The translations under genes and the position numbers were made by a program. Below are positions 7,823 through 18,029 of a stretch of DNA of 64,000 bases, piece after piece. The first letter of the stretch is position 1. Every line of letters begins with the position of its first letter. The notes beneath the pieces were generated by a model that was not told the origin of the DNA, made no database searches, and was given only the letters and a program-made list of their open reading frames with translations. Where the stretch lies: the IMG/VR virus record IMGVR_UViG_3300045988_125893, one strand, 5' to 3'. The stretch comes from a virus.

Positions 7823-8137
7823 ATGACATTCAAAGAATTTATGCAGGAGAACGGCTATGACCTAATAACCACCTTTTGGGGAGATTTCAGCATAGCCGAC
7901 AAGTATGGTATAGCAGGTGTCAAAGATACCTACAAAAGAGCGTTTAATGAATGGAAAGACGATTATAAGTTCTTTACAGAATTGACGCTGGTATTGAATC
8001 ATAAAATCTGGCAGCATTATGAAAGCAATCGTGAACTGGCTGCATTGTATGACCGGTTGTGGCGGGAAGCTGACGAGTATGCCATGAACAACTTTAAGGG
8101 AGAAGAGCTTGATTATTATTACAGAGTAACAGATTAG
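7823..8137 (+). CDS. hypothetical protein
   Basis: ORF 104 aa. Confidence 0.55.
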   Translation: MTFKEFMQENGYDLITTFWGDFSIADKYGIAGVKDTYKRAFNEWKDDYKFFTELTLVLNHKIWQHYESNRELAALYDRLWREADEYAMNNFKGEELDYYYRVTD

Positions 8138-8140
8138 AAA

Positions 8141-8599
8141 GTGATTATGAAAAATACGATAGTAACAGGTAGCCTAATTGTATTCAGTGACGGATTTGTT
8201 TGGAAAAGATTGTCCAACGAAAAAGCCTACAAGATATGGGTGTCGGCAGAAAATGAAGATTTTGAGTTATACAAGGTGAGAGTAGATGATGAGTCCGAGT
8301 CATTGATAGAAAGTTTGGAAGATTTACAGGATACCTTTAAACAAGGTCATCATGTATGTATAGAAGTAGGTAAGCTACCATATAGCATAGGTTTGAATTA
8401 CTTACGAAATCTACAAGAGTTATCGGTGGAAGCTGTGGAGTATCTAACAGGACCAAAAGGGTATAGCAGGGGACAGGCGTTTAACATCATTCGAGAGTGG
8501 GCTAAAGAGTTTACAGAGAAATATGGGAATTGTGATTTTGATGGATCATACTATGATGAAATAGATGAATTTATTGATAAAAAGTTAGGAACTATTTAA
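8141..8599 (+). CDS. hypothetical protein
   Basis: ORF 152 aa. Confidence 0.6.
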   Translation: MIMKNTIVTGSLIVFSDGFVWKRLSNEKAYKIWVSAENEDFELYKVRVDDESESLIESLEDLQDTFKQGHHVCIEVGKLPYSIGLNYLRNLQELSVEAVEYLTGPKGYSRGQAFNIIREWAKEFTEKYGNCDFDGSYYDEIDEFIDKKLGTI

Positions 8600-8610
8600 A
8601 ATATAAAGAC

Positions 8611-9453
8611 ATGGAAGACGGACTTATCACAACAAAAGAAGTAGGGAATTATCGTATAAAAATATACTATGATACTGACAGTGCATGTCCTTGTGAAAGT
8701 TGGGATATGGCAGCATGTTTCTTATGGGAATATAGCGATTTATCTCGACTGCAAGATGTGTGCGATTGGAGAGAAGTGTTTGGTAAATACGGAGATAGCC
8801 GACACTCACTTATAGATGCACTACATAAACTTATTAGTGAATATGTTGAATGGAAAGACTTGCTGAATTATTTTAAGAAAGGCAAGATTGACGGTTATCG
8901 AATGAGATATGATAACCATGATAAAATGCGGTATTTAGAATGGTATGACAATTACCAACACACTAAACATAAGGGATATAAAGAAATTTTTAGCATTTCT
9001 CCATCAGATCTTTACACGTATGATTATACGTATGAATTTATAGAAGACTTGGAACGAGAAGAATTGATTCAGATTCTTTCAAACTTAGGTAAGGATATAT
9101 TTGTCAAAGAATGGTCCACAAGAGGATATTGCCAAGGAGATTATATTGAAGGTATAGCTTTTTGTACAAAGGAAAGGTACACAAAAATGGTTAGTAATAA
9201 TACTTCCGATTGGGAAACCCAAATTGATAAATTGATTGATGATGAAGTGAAATCCATAGGTATGTGGATGTGGGGAGATGTAAAGGGGTATGTGCTTGAA
9301 AAGAAAGTGAAATTTGTCAAGAAATACGAAGATGAATCCAGGGAGGATGAAGAGGAAGAAGAATGGGAAGAGATTGATTCTTGTTGGGGATATTATATGG
9401 AAACAGACGAATTGATAGAAGAAATAATGGAAGAACATAACTTGAAAGAATAA
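8611..9453 (+). CDS. hypothetical protein with acidic C-terminal tail
   Basis: ORF 280 aa. Confidence 0.65.
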   Translation: MEDGLITTKEVGNYRIKIYYDTDSACPCESWDMAACFLWEYSDLSRLQDVCDWREVFGKYGDSRHSLIDALHKLISEYVEWKDLLNYFKKGKIDGYRMRYDNHDKMRYLEWYDNYQHTKHKGYKEIFSISPSDLYTYDYTYEFIEDLEREELIQILSNLGKDIFVKEWSTRGYCQGDYIEGIAFCTKERYTKMVSNNTSDWETQIDKLIDDEVKSIGMWMWGDVKGYVLEKKVKFVKKYEDESREDEEEEEWEEIDSCWGYYMETDELIEEIMEEHNLKE

Positions 9454-9457
9454 GGAG

Positions 9458-9850
9458 ATGGGGAGATCACGAGGGTGTATTATCAGAAAGAACACCAAAG
9501 AATTGAGAGAAAGCCTCATGTCATTAAGATATCGTTGGCTGGTGAAAGAAAAAGGAGCTAATTGCATAGTCACAAATCCAGAAATATTAAAATACATGGA
9601 ATTGCAAGAAAAATCAGCAAGAGCATGGAAGGATAAAGGATGGATAGATTGTGGAACCAATAATGATATGTTTCTGGCTATAGCAGCATTAGCAAATAAT
9701 ACTGACTTAGGTCAATGGCTGATAGTGACGGACGCCACAGGAGACAGGTGGGTAAAATGCGAAGAGTTCCGGTTCAGGGGAGACGCGGGCTGTATTACAT
9801 GGCGTAAGGCTACAGTAGATGAAATTATTGAACATTTTAAAAACAGATAA
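9458..9850 (+). CDS. hypothetical protein
   Basis: ORF 130 aa. Confidence 0.55.
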   Translation: MGRSRGCIIRKNTKELRESLMSLRYRWLVKEKGANCIVTNPEILKYMELQEKSARAWKDKGWIDCGTNNDMFLAIAALANNTDLGQWLIVTDATGDRWVKCEEFRFRGDAGCITWRKATVDEIIEHFKNR

Positions 9851-9852
9851 TT

Positions 9853-10266
9853 ATGGGATATATATGTACAAGATGTGGTGGAACAAATGTTGCCTGTGAA
9901 GCCATAGTAAATCCGAATACCGGAAAAATAATAGATTATTTTGATGGATCTTTCGCGCATGCTATTTGCGGGGATTGTGAAAACGAGGTGATAATATCCG
10001 ACATTGAAGAAGTCAAACATGAAATTGATTTAAGGTTTCATGAATTTATAGAAAGAACAGGTAGGGAGCCTGAATACGTAGAATGTCAGATTGTATGGAA
10101 AGGGACAGGAGATGATAAAAGAACGACAATCAAACTATCGCTGAGTATCAACGATGATGATAATGATGATGTTTTTTATTATTGTAATGGAATAGAATCG
10201 TTTAAGCAGCTTGCTGAATACGGGATGGGAGAATTTATCGTAACATATTGTTGGAGTTTCTTTTAG
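9853..10266 (+). CDS. hypothetical zinc-ribbon protein (CTRCGG...CGDC)
   Basis: ORF 137 aa. Confidence 0.55.
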   Translation: MGYICTRCGGTNVACEAIVNPNTGKIIDYFDGSFAHAICGDCENEVIISDIEEVKHEIDLRFHEFIERTGREPEYVECQIVWKGTGDDKRTTIKLSLSINDDDNDDVFYYCNGIESFKQLAEYGMGEFIVTYCWSFF

Positions 10267-10279
10267 AATTTATGCAAAT

Positions 10280-10639
10280 ATGAAAATAGTAAAAATTCCT
10301 ATCACAGAACAGAATAAAAAAGTATATTGGTCTAAAAATAAGAACAGTAATGCTTGGGAAAAGTTAGTAAGTGAATGCCCTTCTATGACGTCAGAAGAGT
10401 TTTGGAATAACGAATTGGAAGAATACGATAAGGGAGAAATGTATTGGTATTTTATCATCGGTAAACCTGAGTCGATAATAGATGAGTTGATTAATTTGAA
10501 GATAGGAGACACCGATATATCTTATCCATATATAAAGGAAAATAGACCTTGGGAAGTTGATAAAATGGATTGGTATGACCTTAGAGAACATGCTGATGCC
10601 ATGAGTGATTTTATTCAGAAATTATATAACTACATTTAA
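10280..10639 (+). CDS. hypothetical protein
   Basis: ORF 119 aa. Confidence 0.55.
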   Translation: MKIVKIPITEQNKKVYWSKNKNSNAWEKLVSECPSMTSEEFWNNELEEYDKGEMYWYFIIGKPESIIDELINLKIGDTDISYPYIKENRPWEVDKMDWYDLREHADAMSDFIQKLYNYI

Positions 10640-10651
10640 AAAAAATGCTTT

Positions 10652-11122
10652 ATGAATGGAATAATATTTGAATTAGAAGAAAAGTCAAAATATACAGGGA
10701 GATACATGGATGAGGAAATCTCCTATAATGACACATCTATAGATTACATGGAAGAAATACAAGAATGTGACAGAAATAGAGAGATTAAGGATTTACTAAA
10801 TGACCCTTGTCTTGGTAAAATATTTGACAAGGGGGAGATTGATGATGAAATTGTCTACAATGGTAACGTAGAGGATATAAAAGTAGACTGGATATGTGCT
10901 ATACAAAATGAGGTAGATAAAATGAATGCTGACAAAAGTATGACTAAACATAATATTATTAATGCAGTAAAATATGGGATTTGTGGATACCCATATCATT
11001 TTTACATTGATTCATATTCGGGATATATTGTAGAATACCCAATAACACTAATAGAATGGGTTCAAGGTTTAAAGCCTGGAACAGTCATTAAAATAGGAAA
11101 CGTATTCAGTTATCATTATTAA
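10652..11122 (+). CDS. hypothetical protein
   Basis: ORF 156 aa. Confidence 0.55.
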   Translation: MNGIIFELEEKSKYTGRYMDEEISYNDTSIDYMEEIQECDRNREIKDLLNDPCLGKIFDKGEIDDEIVYNGNVEDIKVDWICAIQNEVDKMNADKSMTKHNIINAVKYGICGYPYHFYIDSYSGYIVEYPITLIEWVQGLKPGTVIKIGNVFSYHY

Positions 11123-11133
11123 CAATATGCCTT

Positions 11134-11526
11134 ATGAAAACACAAGAAGAATATGCCCGTGAGATTGATGAGATTGTTCTCCGGGATGTAGAAAGTTGCC
11201 AGAGTGATTGGTTTAAGATTGATAAGGAAATATTTATGCTTCCTGAAAACAAGAACAAGATATTTATTTTGGGAACCAGAAAGACCGGATGCGATTTAAT
11301 TATGCTGGGTGGTACTAATTGTAATGAAATTACAATGGATAGAGTTTTTGGATGTCTTGGTAATGAGAAATTCTATGTTTGCCAACCAATATCTCTTTAT
11401 AAAACACAACAAAATATCCAGGAAAGACCTGCCTTGTACGTTTTTAAAATAGCGACCGCATATTTCAGAGAGCAGGGTTTGGTCCCTGTATTTGAAGATT
11501 GTCATTGTAAACTAATGAAGTTATGA
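11134..11526 (+). CDS. hypothetical protein
   Basis: ORF 130 aa. Confidence 0.55.
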   Translation: MKTQEEYAREIDEIVLRDVESCQSDWFKIDKEIFMLPENKNKIFILGTRKTGCDLIMLGGTNCNEITMDRVFGCLGNEKFYVCQPISLYKTQQNIQERPALYVFKIATAYFREQGLVPVFEDCHCKLMKL

Positions 11527-11759
11527 GTATAGAGATAATAATATACAGGCTTCCGGCTTATTGGGCTTGTGCTCTGATAAATGGTGATTATACTGGTTTA
11601 TCGGATGAAGAAGAAAAGGAAATTAATAATTTCTTGAAACAAGCAGAAGGATATCCCGTAGATGTAGACTGGGAAACAGAAGGATTTTATCGGTGCAATG
11701 ACGCTAATAATATAGCGGGAAATTGTGCCGATTTTATTTTTCACAAGTATAATGATTAA
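11523..11759 (+). CDS. hypothetical protein
   Basis: ORF 78 aa, ATGA overlap. Confidence 0.5.
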   Translation: MSIEIIIYRLPAYWACALINGDYTGLSDEEEKEINNFLKQAEGYPVDVDWETEGFYRCNDANNIAGNCADFIFHKYND

Positions 11760-11770
11760 ACTAAAATAAT

Positions 11771-12667
11771 ATGGAAACTGCAAACAAACTAATTTATTCA
11801 AGTACAAAATTCTTTACAGAAAACGGAAACGAATATAGAATACGAACCACAGTATTGTTGAACGACGATTGTCATAACAATATATGCGACTGGAGTATAA
11901 TAGCCGATATTAGATGGAAAAACAAATATGGAATATACGAAGAATACTTGAGTGGTTGCTATCACGATGTGATTATAAAACACTGCCCGGAATTAGCTAA
12001 ATTCATACCGTTGCATTGTTGTAATCATTATGGTGCTCCTCTGTATCCGGTAGAAAATGGAATATATCACGTTAAAAGAAGTGGCATGTCTGTGGCAATG
12101 AAGTATTTGCGTATATCAGAACAAGAATGCATAGAATTATATAAAGCCTATGAAGATAAGGTGTATTTCAAGTATATGCTTTTCAATCTTGGAATAGTGA
12201 ATAGATGGAAAAGAGAATCAGAAGAGCTTATTGCGGAACTTGAAAAGTTGTGTGGAAAGAAATGGGTAAATCCATATATGCCGGAAAAGGAAAGATTTAC
12301 CCTGACACTAACAGACGAGGAACGATCTCTTGTTGAAGAGTGCATTAAAGCAGGGTATTATTCCACAGAGAATATAGAAAAACGTAGGGAAGAGGCTCAT
12401 AAGGCAAAGATGATGAAAAAGCGTGCTGAAATTTGTGAGCGATACGATAAGAGAATCAGACAAGCAGAAGCAGAAAAGAAGATAATGCTCTGTGTGTTTG
12501 ATTATGGGTTGTCTACTGATAATGCTATATATTACCCTCATTCAAATACTTTATCTTTCAACTGGAATAATTGTGAAAACAAAATCACACAAAAAGAGTT
12601 TGATAATTTTGTAAATAACGTAAATAGATCTCAATTGTTGAAAGGAATCAAATTTGAACTTAAATAA
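11771..12667 (+). CDS. hypothetical protein
   Basis: ORF 298 aa. Confidence 0.65.
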   Translation: METANKLIYSSTKFFTENGNEYRIRTTVLLNDDCHNNICDWSIIADIRWKNKYGIYEEYLSGCYHDVIIKHCPELAKFIPLHCCNHYGAPLYPVENGIYHVKRSGMSVAMKYLRISEQECIELYKAYEDKVYFKYMLFNLGIVNRWKRESEELIAELEKLCGKKWVNPYMPEKERFTLTLTDEERSLVEECIKAGYYSTENIEKRREEAHKAKMMKKRAEICERYDKRIRQAEAEKKIMLCVFDYGLSTDNAIYYPHSNTLSFNWNNCENKITQKEFDNFVNNVNRSQLLKGIKFELK

Positions 12668-12678
12668 AAACATAGGAT

Positions 12679-12969
12679 ATGAAAAGATTGGATTTTGAAA
12701 CACTATTTCGTATTGTAAGATGGGATTATAATCGTTGTTTTAAAAATGAATCATTGGATAAGGATTTGTTCGTAGAAAAATACGGACGGGTAATGGGCGA
12801 GCATTATTACAACAAGTTTGTCCATGAGTTTGACGGAAATATCCTGAAGATGATTGGTTACTTCAGAGGTTCCGAAAAAGAGGGGCAAATCTTCTGCGAT
12901 ATGATAACCGAACGTATTGAAAAATACGAAAAGAGGGAGCAATACAACAGAAATGAGTTAAACAATTAA
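12679..12969 (+). CDS. hypothetical protein
   Basis: ORF 96 aa. Confidence 0.5.
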   Translation: MKRLDFETLFRIVRWDYNRCFKNESLDKDLFVEKYGRVMGEHYYNKFVHEFDGNILKMIGYFRGSEKEGQIFCDMITERIEKYEKREQYNRNELNN

Positions 12970-12981
12970 AAAGATACTTAT

Positions 12982-14046
12982 ATGAACAATTCAATGGTCG
13001 CTCACTTGTGGGCAAATGAAAGTCAAGAATCAGCAAATGGTAGTAACTTCTATTTTGAAGGAGAAAGTATTTACTCATATGGAAGGCATTTTGAGATTGG
13101 AAGAATCGTACGGAACAAGCGTGGGAGAAAGGCGTATTTGATTAATGATACATATTATTCTTCTACTACAAGCAAACATCAATATTATGTTCGTGAGGCA
13201 ATACCAACTGGTTCAAAGGTGTTCTTTGTTGGATATAATATGTCATATTATATCGGTAACATGATCTTTGTTACCAATAGGTTGGAATCTATTAAAGATG
13301 CTATTGAAAAATACAAGAAAGCCAGAACTGAATTGTCTTATCAGAATGTTTGGGGAGAGTTTAAAAATCTGATGAATTATATTGAGTTCTTCGATATGGG
13401 GACTCCCAAGAGTCTTCTTAAAAAGAGCGCAAACGAATGGTTTGGAAATAACCATGAATTATCATTGGAATCAGATAAGATTAAACGTGAACATGCCCGT
13501 GAATTGAAACGTATTTTCCAGATATTGTTGAATCATCAAGCACTGGAAGTCCTTGGAACCGTGAATGTGATTGTAGATGAAGTTTGTGGTGAAGGAACTT
13601 GGTTGAAATATCGGGAAAGAGTTGAAAAACATAGAATAAGTAGAGAAGTACAAGAGGTTGAAAAGTTAAGGAGACTGGGAGAAATAGAAGAAGAACGTAG
13701 TAGGGATTTCTATGAAAAATTAGAAAAATGGAAGTCAGGAGAACTTGATTTCTTGCATGCGTGTAGTCTTACTTCTTATGATAAACCAAATGTTTGGATG
13801 CGTATAAAAGGAGGGATTATTGAAACAAGCAAGGAAATAAAAATCGGGATAGAAGAGGCCAGAAGAATGTGGCAGGTTGTGTCACTGTTGCACCAGGGAG
13901 GTCAGTTCCGGCATGGCCTGGTAGAGGACGTAGACGGCAACAGGTGGAAAATAAACCGGTATGAAAACGATATGCTGACTGCTGGATGTCATCGTATTGC
14001 ATATAGCGAGATGGAAAGTATTGCGAAACAACTGGGATGGGTGTAA
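12982..14046 (+). CDS. hypothetical protein
   Basis: ORF 354 aa. Confidence 0.65.
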   Translation: MNNSMVAHLWANESQESANGSNFYFEGESIYSYGRHFEIGRIVRNKRGRKAYLINDTYYSSTTSKHQYYVREAIPTGSKVFFVGYNMSYYIGNMIFVTNRLESIKDAIEKYKKARTELSYQNVWGEFKNLMNYIEFFDMGTPKSLLKKSANEWFGNNHELSLESDKIKREHARELKRIFQILLNHQALEVLGTVNVIVDEVCGEGTWLKYRERVEKHRISREVQEVEKLRRLGEIEEERSRDFYEKLEKWKSGELDFLHACSLTSYDKPNVWMRIKGGIIETSKEIKIGIEEARRMWQVVSLLHQGGQFRHGLVEDVDGNRWKINRYENDMLTAGCHRIAYSEMESIAKQLGWV

Positions 14047-14066
14047 GTAACCCATCCTATTTTATA
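14035..14066 (+). terminator. hairpin ggatgggt-gtaagta-acccatcc plus tattttat (stop codon inside loop)
   Basis: 8-bp perfect stem read directly. Confidence 0.6.
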
Positions 14067-14088
14067 ATAACTAAAAACAAAAAAAAAT

Positions 14089-14826
14089 ATGGAAAATCCA
14101 ATTATTGTTCCGTTTGATTTAAATACGGCGAGAAAAATTAAAAGCGGAGAAATAGAAGGTTCGGTATTAATAAACAATATTGAAATAGAATTTGCATATG
14201 AGTCGAAAGACTGTGCAGATTCTTATAATTTACTTTTTGTAAAAAAAGATGGACGTGGAATAAGTGCTGTATATGCTAACACAGAAGGTTGCACTCTTGG
14301 TAACTCCACTCTGGAATTGAAAGTGGAGGCTGGAGCATATTTTAAGAAAGGAGATGTATTAACAAGTACTCAAGGATGTCAATTTATATATGATGGAATT
14401 ATTACCAAAGGGGTAATGGGATGTATATGCGGAATGACAGCATTTGGAGATATTGAATTTGGTTACAAATTATGGACTGATGTGTATAGCGAAGATAAAA
14501 ATCGGAATGTAAGAAAGGCTATAGAAGAAGAGAAGAAATTTTTAGCAGAAAAGATTATAAAAGTCGCAGACAGTAGAAAAATAGATATAATAAAACAATA
14601 TTTAAGCGAATATGAGTATCTATTAGATGAGATGCCGAAACATGACTTCAAACCATTTGAACGAGTCTTGGTAAGAAGAACTAACCAAGAGAGGTGGAAA
14701 TTGCATTTATTCTCCAGAGGATCAAGAACATATGACGAATATGAATGTTTGGGAGGCGTAACATTTAGTCAGTGTATCCCATACGAAGGAAACGAACATC
14801 TTTTAGGAACTAATAAAAACAAATAA
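14089..14826 (+). CDS. hypothetical protein, tandem paralog A
   Basis: ORF 245 aa; shares PFDLxTAxKIxxGE N-terminus and FKPFxxVLVR...CIPxEGNExLL C-terminus with 14831..15592. Confidence 0.65.
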   Translation: MENPIIVPFDLNTARKIKSGEIEGSVLINNIEIEFAYESKDCADSYNLLFVKKDGRGISAVYANTEGCTLGNSTLELKVEAGAYFKKGDVLTSTQGCQFIYDGIITKGVMGCICGMTAFGDIEFGYKLWTDVYSEDKNRNVRKAIEEEKKFLAEKIIKVADSRKIDIIKQYLSEYEYLLDEMPKHDFKPFERVLVRRTNQERWKLHLFSRGSRTYDEYECLGGVTFSQCIPYEGNEHLLGTNKNK

Positions 14827-14830
14827 GATT

Positions 14831-15592
14831 ATGGAACATAAAATGGTAACAATCCCGTTTGATTTAGAAACGGCAAAGAAAATAAGAAAAGGCGAAAGAT
14901 TAGGTCAGATTGTGGCAGAGAAAGGACGAAATAGAGCAGAAATAGTATATGAAGATGATTTGTGTAATGCATATCCTTTATTGGTTGTAATTCATTCGAT
15001 TCCTGTATTAGCGGATTGGTTTTCGTCCACGGGGAAAGCGTTTAACGACGCAAATCGTCTTCTTCTTGAAGTTCCAGAATATGTCACATTCAAAGATGGA
15101 GATGTGCTAAGCGACGAAGAAGGAAATTATATTTTTATCTTAAATACTAATGGGAAATATTTAACATCTTTGTATGCGAGTCTTGCAGCGGGAACAAGTC
15201 TTAATATATCGGATGATATTGCTGCAAACGAAAACAATATAGAACGTTATAGACTTGCAACAGATTCGGAAAAACAGAGGATAATTAAAGCGTTAAAGAA
15301 AAGCGAAAATCCTAAAGCAAAAAAATATCTAAAACGCTTCTTCGGAATTGAAGAAAAGCCGAAATGTGAGTTTAAGCCGTTTGACAAAGTGCTGGTAAGA
15401 AAAGAAGGAAATAAAAAATGGAATATCAGTTTGTTTGCAAGGGAAATTGTGGACGATTATAATGGATTGCCTTATAAGTATGAATGTTCCAATGGAACAT
15501 TATGGGACTATTGCATTCCTTTTGAGGGCAATGAATGTCTTTTAGAAACTGCTGAAAATCCAGAAAAAAATGAAAACGGTAAAATTATCTGA
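14831..15592 (+). CDS. hypothetical protein, tandem paralog B
   Basis: ORF 253 aa; see paralog A. Confidence 0.65.
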   Translation: MEHKMVTIPFDLETAKKIRKGERLGQIVAEKGRNRAEIVYEDDLCNAYPLLVVIHSIPVLADWFSSTGKAFNDANRLLLEVPEYVTFKDGDVLSDEEGNYIFILNTNGKYLTSLYASLAAGTSLNISDDIAANENNIERYRLATDSEKQRIIKALKKSENPKAKKYLKRFFGIEEKPKCEFKPFDKVLVRKEGNKKWNISLFAREIVDDYNGLPYKYECSNGTLWDYCIPFEGNECLLETAENPEKNENGKII

Positions 15593-15764
15593 TTTTTCTC
15601 CTTATGACAGAAACAAAGGAGGAATACAAGAATTGCATCATAAAATTGAGTCCAAAACACTTCAGTATTGGAGTGGAGATATTGGTATTCTGATTGGCAT
15701 CACTCCGATATATAAGAGACATTTGTGGAGCGAAGAAGTAAATGTTATAAATGATAAACAATAA
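15570..15764 (+). CDS. hypothetical protein
   Basis: ORF 64 aa. Confidence 0.4.
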   Translation: MKTVKLSDFSPYDRNKGGIQELHHKIESKTLQYWSGDIGILIGITPIYKRHLWSEEVNVINDKQ

Positions 15765-15766
15765 AT

Positions 15767-16045
15767 ATGAAAACAAGAACATACGAAGGAATACGGCATG
15801 GTGACTGGGTAAGATGTACTCAATGTGGAGCGCAAATGCTTCTTCCATGTGGAGCCGACAAGTGTCCCGAATGTTATGAATGTGGCACGTTGATGTGGGT
15901 AGACGAAGATAAGCAAGAAATGGACGATGAACATCTGGATTGTCTGGGTCCTATGCGTAAATTGAGACTGGAGGATTATTTGTCTTCAGACGTGTTGGCG
16001 ATAGAGTATAGTGAATATTACAGACAATTAAATAGGAGAGGATAG
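15767..16045 (+). CDS. hypothetical zinc-ribbon protein (CTQCG...CPECYECG)
   Basis: ORF 92 aa. Confidence 0.55.
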   Translation: MKTRTYEGIRHGDWVRCTQCGAQMLLPCGADKCPECYECGTLMWVDEDKQEMDDEHLDCLGPMRKLRLEDYLSSDVLAIEYSEYYRQLNRRG

Positions 16046-16050
16046 GTGAT

Positions 16051-16311
16051 ATGAAGAAGAAATATAATAAAGAATATATAGAACATTCCCGGAAACAAAT
16101 CCGGAATGTTCTGAACGATGAGGAAGAATATGATGATTGGACTCAGATTTGTTTCTCCATGAAAGATGTGGTTCAGGCGGCTGCGAACGTGTGGGGAATG
16201 TCCAGCGATGAAGAGATACATAAAATGCACAGATTCTTTCAGGAGTTGTGTTATATTGAACTAAAGCGTTTACAGACTTTTGATATAACCTTTAAAAAGA
16301 AGGAATCATAG
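16051..16311 (+). CDS. hypothetical protein
   Basis: ORF 86 aa. Confidence 0.5.
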   Translation: MKKKYNKEYIEHSRKQIRNVLNDEEEYDDWTQICFSMKDVVQAAANVWGMSSDEEIHKMHRFFQELCYIELKRLQTFDITFKKKES

Positions 16312-16346
16312 ATAAAACAAACATCGTGATATAATAGATAATTAAC

Positions 16347-16646
16347 ATGAAAATCGAATACATACAAAAATGTAAATGCGGAGCAGTCACTATCAGTTTT
16401 GATAATGGTGCTTCAAATAGCATGTTTTTGGAAACATTTGAAAAATTAGATTTGGATACTGGTGATGCCACATGGCTTCAACAGTCCTGCTGCTGCGATC
16501 ACTGCGTCAATCACTGGGGGATAGATCTGTGTGAGTGTGGATCAGGACAGAAGGTGGGAGAATGTGAATGTGGATCCCAAAAGGCACATGATACATTGGG
16601 AATTGAATATGATTCCTTTGGAGCAATTTTAAAAGCATTTAGATAG
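16347..16646 (+). CDS. hypothetical Cys-rich protein (CKCG...CCCDHC...CECG...CECG)
   Basis: ORF 99 aa. Confidence 0.55.
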   Translation: MKIEYIQKCKCGAVTISFDNGASNSMFLETFEKLDLDTGDATWLQQSCCCDHCVNHWGIDLCECGSGQKVGECECGSQKAHDTLGIEYDSFGAILKAFR

Positions 16647-16649
16647 ATT

Positions 16650-17132
16650 ATGTACATATTGAGTAAATATACAGCCCTTTTAGGGCAAAAAAAGTTAAAA
16701 GAAGATTTTGTAAAAGAGTTATCATTGATACTTTCAAAATCTGATGGATACCAAATAGTTCCAGGTAAATTAACTTTTGTGTATTTTTCGGAGTTAAAAG
16801 ATTGGTCAGTTAGAGATATGGGTAATCAAGGGAAATTATCAGAAGAAGATGAGGCTTTGATAAACAAAGTAACCCATATGTTATTTGATATCAATTGTGA
16901 TTTTGAATCTGTTATAAGAATGTTATACAGCTTTCGTAATGGTCCTAAATCGGGAATAAAAGTAGCGGATCCAGAAGATAACTACGAATGGACTAACAAG
17001 GATGGAAATGAAAAATATTCTACTAAGAATCTTCCGAAAGCACATTTTAGATGGAATTGGAGAAGATATACTTTATCAAAGGAATCTGTTGACAAAATAA
17101 CAGAGTTTGTAGACATTATATTAAAATCATAG
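16650..17132 (+). CDS. hypothetical protein
   Basis: ORF 160 aa. Confidence 0.55.
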   Translation: MYILSKYTALLGQKKLKEDFVKELSLILSKSDGYQIVPGKLTFVYFSELKDWSVRDMGNQGKLSEEDEALINKVTHMLFDINCDFESVIRMLYSFRNGPKSGIKVADPEDNYEWTNKDGNEKYSTKNLPKAHFRWNWRRYTLSKESVDKITEFVDIILKS

Positions 17133-17135
17133 CTT

Positions 17136-17540
17136 ATGAGAAACGAATTTAGAGAAATAGAAAAGACATTGCAATTAATCAACGAACAGAGAAAAGCGGC
17201 TGAAGAGAAGTTAAAATATATCGTAAACATGGCAATAGTAGATGCTTCGAAGGATTATCCTGTAAAGAGATTGGGACCAAATATTATATCAGTAAGGTTT
17301 TCAGATCTTATAGGGAATCCCTGGAACCAGCAGTATTATGACTGGGTGGAGGCTTCGAAAGTAGTAATGAAATATTTGAGCGAACAGGATGCCGACAAAT
17401 GGAAAGACAAATTGATCGAATTGTTGGGAGGAGACACAGAATCGAGAAAACCGGTTATGTTTAAAAACGGGAAAGGAGGATGCTTTTATCAAATACCAGT
17501 AAACAGAAAATTCATTGTTAAAATCATAGAGAAATTATGA
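17136..17540 (+). CDS. hypothetical protein
   Basis: ORF 134 aa. Confidence 0.55.
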   Translation: MRNEFREIEKTLQLINEQRKAAEEKLKYIVNMAIVDASKDYPVKRLGPNIISVRFSDLIGNPWNQQYYDWVEASKVVMKYLSEQDADKWKDKLIELLGGDTESRKPVMFKNGKGGCFYQIPVNRKFIVKIIEKL

Positions 17541-17791
17541 ACGAAGTAATTTTAAGCAACATGTTAGGATGTCAGACATATTGTATATCAGACAGTCCTT
17601 CGAATAGATACTGTCTTATTGGACCTATTGAGTGCAATGAGAAGTTAATAGAAATGTTTAAGAAGGGAATAATAGTAAAACTCAAACACGTGGAAAAACG
17701 GGTCCTGGATACATTTACGAATAATGGAATTGACCTGAGTAATTACACTCACTGTATTATTGTGAAGCGGGATTTTTATCTCGCCTGGTAA
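17537..17791 (+). CDS. hypothetical protein
   Basis: ORF 84 aa. Confidence 0.5.
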   Translation: MNEVILSNMLGCQTYCISDSPSNRYCLIGPIECNEKLIEMFKKGIIVKLKHVEKRVLDTFTNNGIDLSNYTHCIIVKRDFYLAW

Positions 17792-18029
17792 CAGAAAAAC
17801 ATAAATGACATGAACAATTTTGTAATAGATACTCCTGATAACTTCTGGCAAATAAGATGGCTTGACAAATACATGGAAGGTCATATAAGTATAAGGGATA
17901 TGGTTACAATACGTGTAGGGAGACAAAGAAAAAGCTTCTGCAAGCTCTTAAGGGTGTGAATGTAGAAGAGGAAGACGTATCTTTGTATGCTGATGGAGGA
18001 TAGGATTAATTGAAAAAAAATAGAATATT

